A stretch of 64,000 nt of DNA from Saccostrea echinata (taxonomy: Eukaryota). How positions within the stretch are numbered: the stretch's first letter is position 1; each line of letters starts with the position of its first letter. Positions 59,493 to 64,000 of the stretch are shown here, in pieces. The stretch is from positions 9,734,001 through 9,798,000 of the forward strand of contig NW_026889779.1 of NCBI RefSeq assembly GCF_033153115.1, written 5' to 3'. The translations under genes and the position numbers were made by a program. The notes under the pieces are model-generated. The model did not search any database, was not told the DNA's origin, and saw nothing but the letters and a program-made list of their open reading frames with translations.

Positions 59493-62400
59493 TTAATTGA
59501 AATGACTAAATAAGATTTAACACACAGTTGATAATCGTTACAAAAACAATGAAAAATTTTAAGAAGATGGTCTATGTTTTATCACGGTTTTGATGACACA
59601 GGTCCTTGTCGTCTGTAAATGTAAATTTAATAATAATCTAATACTCTAGATCTGTCATAAGCCGCACACCCCACCCCATCCCACTCCCATTTTGATCCCG
59701 GTTCGTCTGGAAGGGTCGGTAGACAAGTTAGACAACAGGTCCGGTTACCCTTTGGCGAGGTTCCCATTCTGTTTTATGGAGGGTCGATCGTATGTAGGAT
59801 TGGTACAGTATGCAATAAACAGTGGGTTGTTGGGTTAACAAGGCAATTCAGTAAGCTTTATGTCCCAAACTGTAGAAATATTTTTTGTTACCACTGAGGT
59901 AACAGAAGAAAACCAAATTCTTTCAAACAGTGCTTCCTATAAGAAACATTTCTGCAGCTTACCTTTCTAGCAGTTTAATTTTCGGAAGCAGAACTTTTTT
60001 TGTTAATTCTAACGAAGAAACTTTTTTACATGTATCTGCTTTTCCAAATTTTCGAGCGTTGACTTAATTATTGATTGTTGAAAAAGTTGTATATTTTACA
60101 GTACAATAAGTATGACCATAATGCAAATTAAAGCAGCGGACATTATGATAACTAGAAAAATGATAAAGCCTTGTTTCGACACGTATTTCCGCTTACTCAA
60201 ATGAAAATTTTTTTTGATCTATAAAGTAACGTGGACGGTTTCTTATGCATATACCTGATATGAAATTCCCTATTGTCTAGATTGTTCATCTTTGTGATCA
60301 CTCATACATGAGTTAGCTTGTAAATATTGTCTTTGGATGAGGAAGATGAGGCAGAATTACAATAATGCTTCAGATCTTAACCTTGTAATGGCTGTTGCTT
60401 GTAGCAGTGTTGGCAAAGGCAACAGACAGATGATTCAACAGTTTGGGGAGTTCCACTCCGGGTACATCTATAATGTGTGTCATTGTAAAAACAGTTCTCT
60501 AATTTAATCTTATAAGCTTTGTGAGTGCAGGTCCAGTTTTACCATTACATATTCTCCATAATGTTAAAATAATATGTTTATCTAACGTAGAAAATGTCTT
60601 TTTTCCGATTTATTTTTGAATTGTTTATTCTTTCTATTTTTGTTGTGTCCAATCTGTTTGGACATTCAATGTTTATCTCTTTATAGTCTTTACCTACATC
60701 CAAAAAAATCTGTAATACTTATTAATAAATATTTCAATCCTTCGCACAAAAATGTTACACAATGAACATATGATGCATATCTTCATAGCTTTTATCTATG
60801 TTCTAAAATTTGTAAAAGTAATTAATAAATGATATTTGAATCGTATATTTTTCCAATGCAAACAATTTTTCAATGGGCAAAGACTTCTGCAACTATTAAA
60901 CAACATGCAGTACTTTTATATGATACGTTTACTGTCCTCCATATTGAAATATACTTTTAACTTGGAAACCATCTAATTTGAAGGTGTCGAAAGAAGAGAT
61001 AAGTCGAATTGAAGAGTTCGTAAATCCTGCTATACACACTAATACTTTTACAGATACCTGTTCTCGTGTAGACCCCCCACTATCTGGCCGTGTAAATTTC
61101 AGTCCTCTAATAGTTTTGAATTGGATAGGTGTTGTAATATTGGGACAGGCGTCGAGTGGTTCTTACCTATCTAAACAATAAACATTCCAGCCAATGTGAT
61201 ACGTTCTGATTTATAAATACTCTGTATTCAAATCAAATGTGAATTAAATTTGTCTATGATGACCTAGTTCGTATCATTCGATTTATGTTTTTGGCTTTAA
61301 TTAATTCCATATCCTCCTCTGTCGCTAATTGGAACAGACACATAAATTGTCAGTTGGTGACACTTTTGAAAAAGTTTCAATTGTAAAGACATTTAGCGGT
61401 ATAAGTCAATAGGGAATGTTACCTGAATAATCACATCTGTCTCCAATAAGTGCTCTTTGCATATGAAATGTTCGTTAATTAAGTCGTTTGTGCAAGGCAT
61501 TCAATGTGTACACGTGTGTTGCGTGTTTTGTTATTGACAAATATCAGATATCATAATGTGAACAAAAAACTGGTTTTGATACGCATATAGGTACATTCAC
61601 TACATTGTGTGAAAGTAGTTATTAAATGAAAAAAAAATGACATAGAAACCATAAGCAACTATGAAACCATGCAAGTTTGATACCTCTGGTCTTGCTCTTT
61701 TGCAAAGTTGAGTGGAAATGAATTTTTATGAAATAATCGCCTCATTACAGCTATATTAAATGTAATTTCATTTTACAAAGCATCATTTTGTCTGAATTGC
61801 TGTCATTTTAACATTATTATAGTAAGTAAAAATAAAAACAACAGCTTATTATCTTAACAAAATGTCAATGTAAGGCTACATGTGTATCCAAAAATCTTCA
61901 AAAATATCCGTTCTAACAAAAAATATCGGTATGTGCAATATTTGATATATAAAAAAATATACGTTGAAATTTCACAACTCAATGTTACATATTTATTGAT
62001 ATATTTATATATATTTATAGAGAGAGAGAGATTGGATCATCATTCATTTAATTGTTTATTTCTTTAATGTTTATGGTGCAAGACGAAGTATTTGACTCGC
62101 ATATGGAGAATTTTGTTTCGTCCAATTTAAATAATAATCTGATAAACATGCAAATATACATTCCAGATGATTCATTCAAATGTAGGAGTAAGATTGCACT
62201 TGAACTGTGTTTGCCTTTTAGCCATATTTAGAAGGAAATATCCTATTGTTATTCATAAGACTGATTAGGAATGCCCCCGCATTTAAGGTCATATTCTTCA
62301 CTATATTCTAGTAAATCATATAATCTGTGTATTGTAGAAAGCAAGAATTTAAATGTTTGGATTCTCTTTTTTAGTTAATCCCCATAGCACCTGCTACTGA

Positions 62401-64000
62401 AACTTCAGGCTACCGATCCCATATTAAAGCCATAAGTATACTATGCATTTAACTTGCAAAGTTCTAATCCATCGAATAAATAGATTTTCAATCTGCCTGA
62501 AAAATATTTTTTATGTACAATTTAAATACATTAAAACATGGCGGGACTGTGAACATGAAAGGGTTAGTTTGCGCTACTTAATTTCACGGTTTATTATCAT
62601 TTGCAACAGAGAAAGTCAAGTTCTGTCGTGATCTGGCTTTTGTCCGTCGGCCTATCGGTTCATTTTATGATGTGGAGAATAATTTGCTGATGCTCATCGT
62701 TGTGGTTCGGCAATAAAAGATGTTACCCTTAAATGTTCTTGTTTGAAATGATTAAAGAGAACAAATTTATAACATACAGTTTCAATCTGTGCAGGATCAG
62801 AGATAATTAGAAAGAGCAAAACAGGCGATTTGTAAATATCAGTTAATCATTTTTAATTAATACCGAAACACCAGTTACATATATATTTGGCAGGAGTATT
62901 TCTACAGTTTCCAACATAATTCTTTTTGTTTGTTTATTTGTTTGTTTCTAAAGTGCAGGATTCATGATGATCAAATAACACATTAACAGGAGGCTTAAGA
63001 AACATATGGTGAAAATATTCCAACTTCTGACACTCCAATAAGATATTGGCCTTATAACCAGACAACGCGATGCAGCATTGTCAGAATCATACATGTAGAT
63101 ACTGCTAGAGTGAAACTATAGGCTCTGAATCAATGTCCGCGATTTTAGAATAAAAATAATACTGACTTTGTGATTGATGAGCGTGACAAACCCAAGGAAG
63201 ATAAGCATAATCTATTCAATACAAAATACATGTTAAGGATTCTCTATTATCTGATGAAAAATGTTCTTTCAGATATTCAAAAAGTTGTATAAACAGCGTA
63301 CATGTATATTGAGTTTATCATTTACAACTTGGGTCCCCGCAATTTACTCCAAGGAAAGGGCGAATAGAAATTAGTGTTGCTTACTTAAATCAAGAAAATA
63401 CATTTAAATAAAGTGTTCAGTTGCTTATGTTAAATAAATTTTAAGCATGTTTGAATGCATTACAAACTGAGTAAAAAAAACCCTGTAGTTTTCAATTGCA
63501 TTTTATGGATTTTAGATCTAAGAGCAGAAAACTCTAACTACATATAATTATCACAAAGTTAAACTCTAATGTGGAGGGTGTCCTTAAAAATGTAAAAGGC
63601 AAGTGAGACTTTAAACAATGATCAACATTTATTCACAATTCAGGTTTTATTACTATCCTCCTTTTCTGTAACATTTATAATATCGATCCTTTTTAAAAAT
63701 CCATAAGATTTACATTAGAGTTACCCCCTTACCTCCATAGGATTACCGGTAATTAAACAATAGGAATCGATTATTTTTGAAAAATACAAATGTATATCGT
63801 TGTATCCCAGATAATAACAATTTACAGTGTTTGTGGTCTGTTGTTGCTTCCACGAGTACTATGCAAGCTAGCCAATTTATTAGGACGAAGGGCGATTTTA
63901 AAAAATAGATGAGATTCATCAGAAAATAATGTAGTTTTTTTTTAACAAAATAAATAAATTCTATGGGATGAAATCCTACACAACAAGTTTTTGAAGGATT

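Noticed and set aside
59500-64000. Further neurexin exons
   Set aside because: No LamG/EGF-like coding segment with convincing splice sites was recognised, so it is treated as intron. Micro-exons cannot be excluded.

Overview
AT-rich, repeat-dense eukaryotic DNA, very probably an oyster or related bivalve; this is inferred from the Helentron/HINE satellites, tRNA-SINEs, Penelope-like remnants and intronless TLRs. Host genes: (i) three small minus-strand exons encoding an N-terminal WW domain (2399-2928, missing from the ORF track); (ii) three paralogous single-exon Toll-like receptors, one of which has an intact ORF but no TIR domain (5013-6521, 30115-32070, 34814-36859); (iii) the first coding exon of an alpha-neurexin (50044-50773). 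The standout element is a complete 4.39-kb TIR transposon (55102-59492, TTAA duplication, Kolobok-like GG ends) in the presumed neurexin intron. Its eight exons splice by hand into one uninterrupted 902-aa protein that fuses a DDE transposase to a DEDDh (TREX1/PML-C-like) 3'-5' exonuclease with all catalytic motifs present. The rest is nested mobile DNA: TTAA MITEs, IS3EU-like foldback elements, a 2.2-kb element with an unusual 12-bp target duplication, a probable 9-kb composite Helentron holding a 1.6-kb higher-order tandem array plus a LINE and a Tc1 relic, and several SINEs with clear TSDs. All calls were made by eye without database searches.
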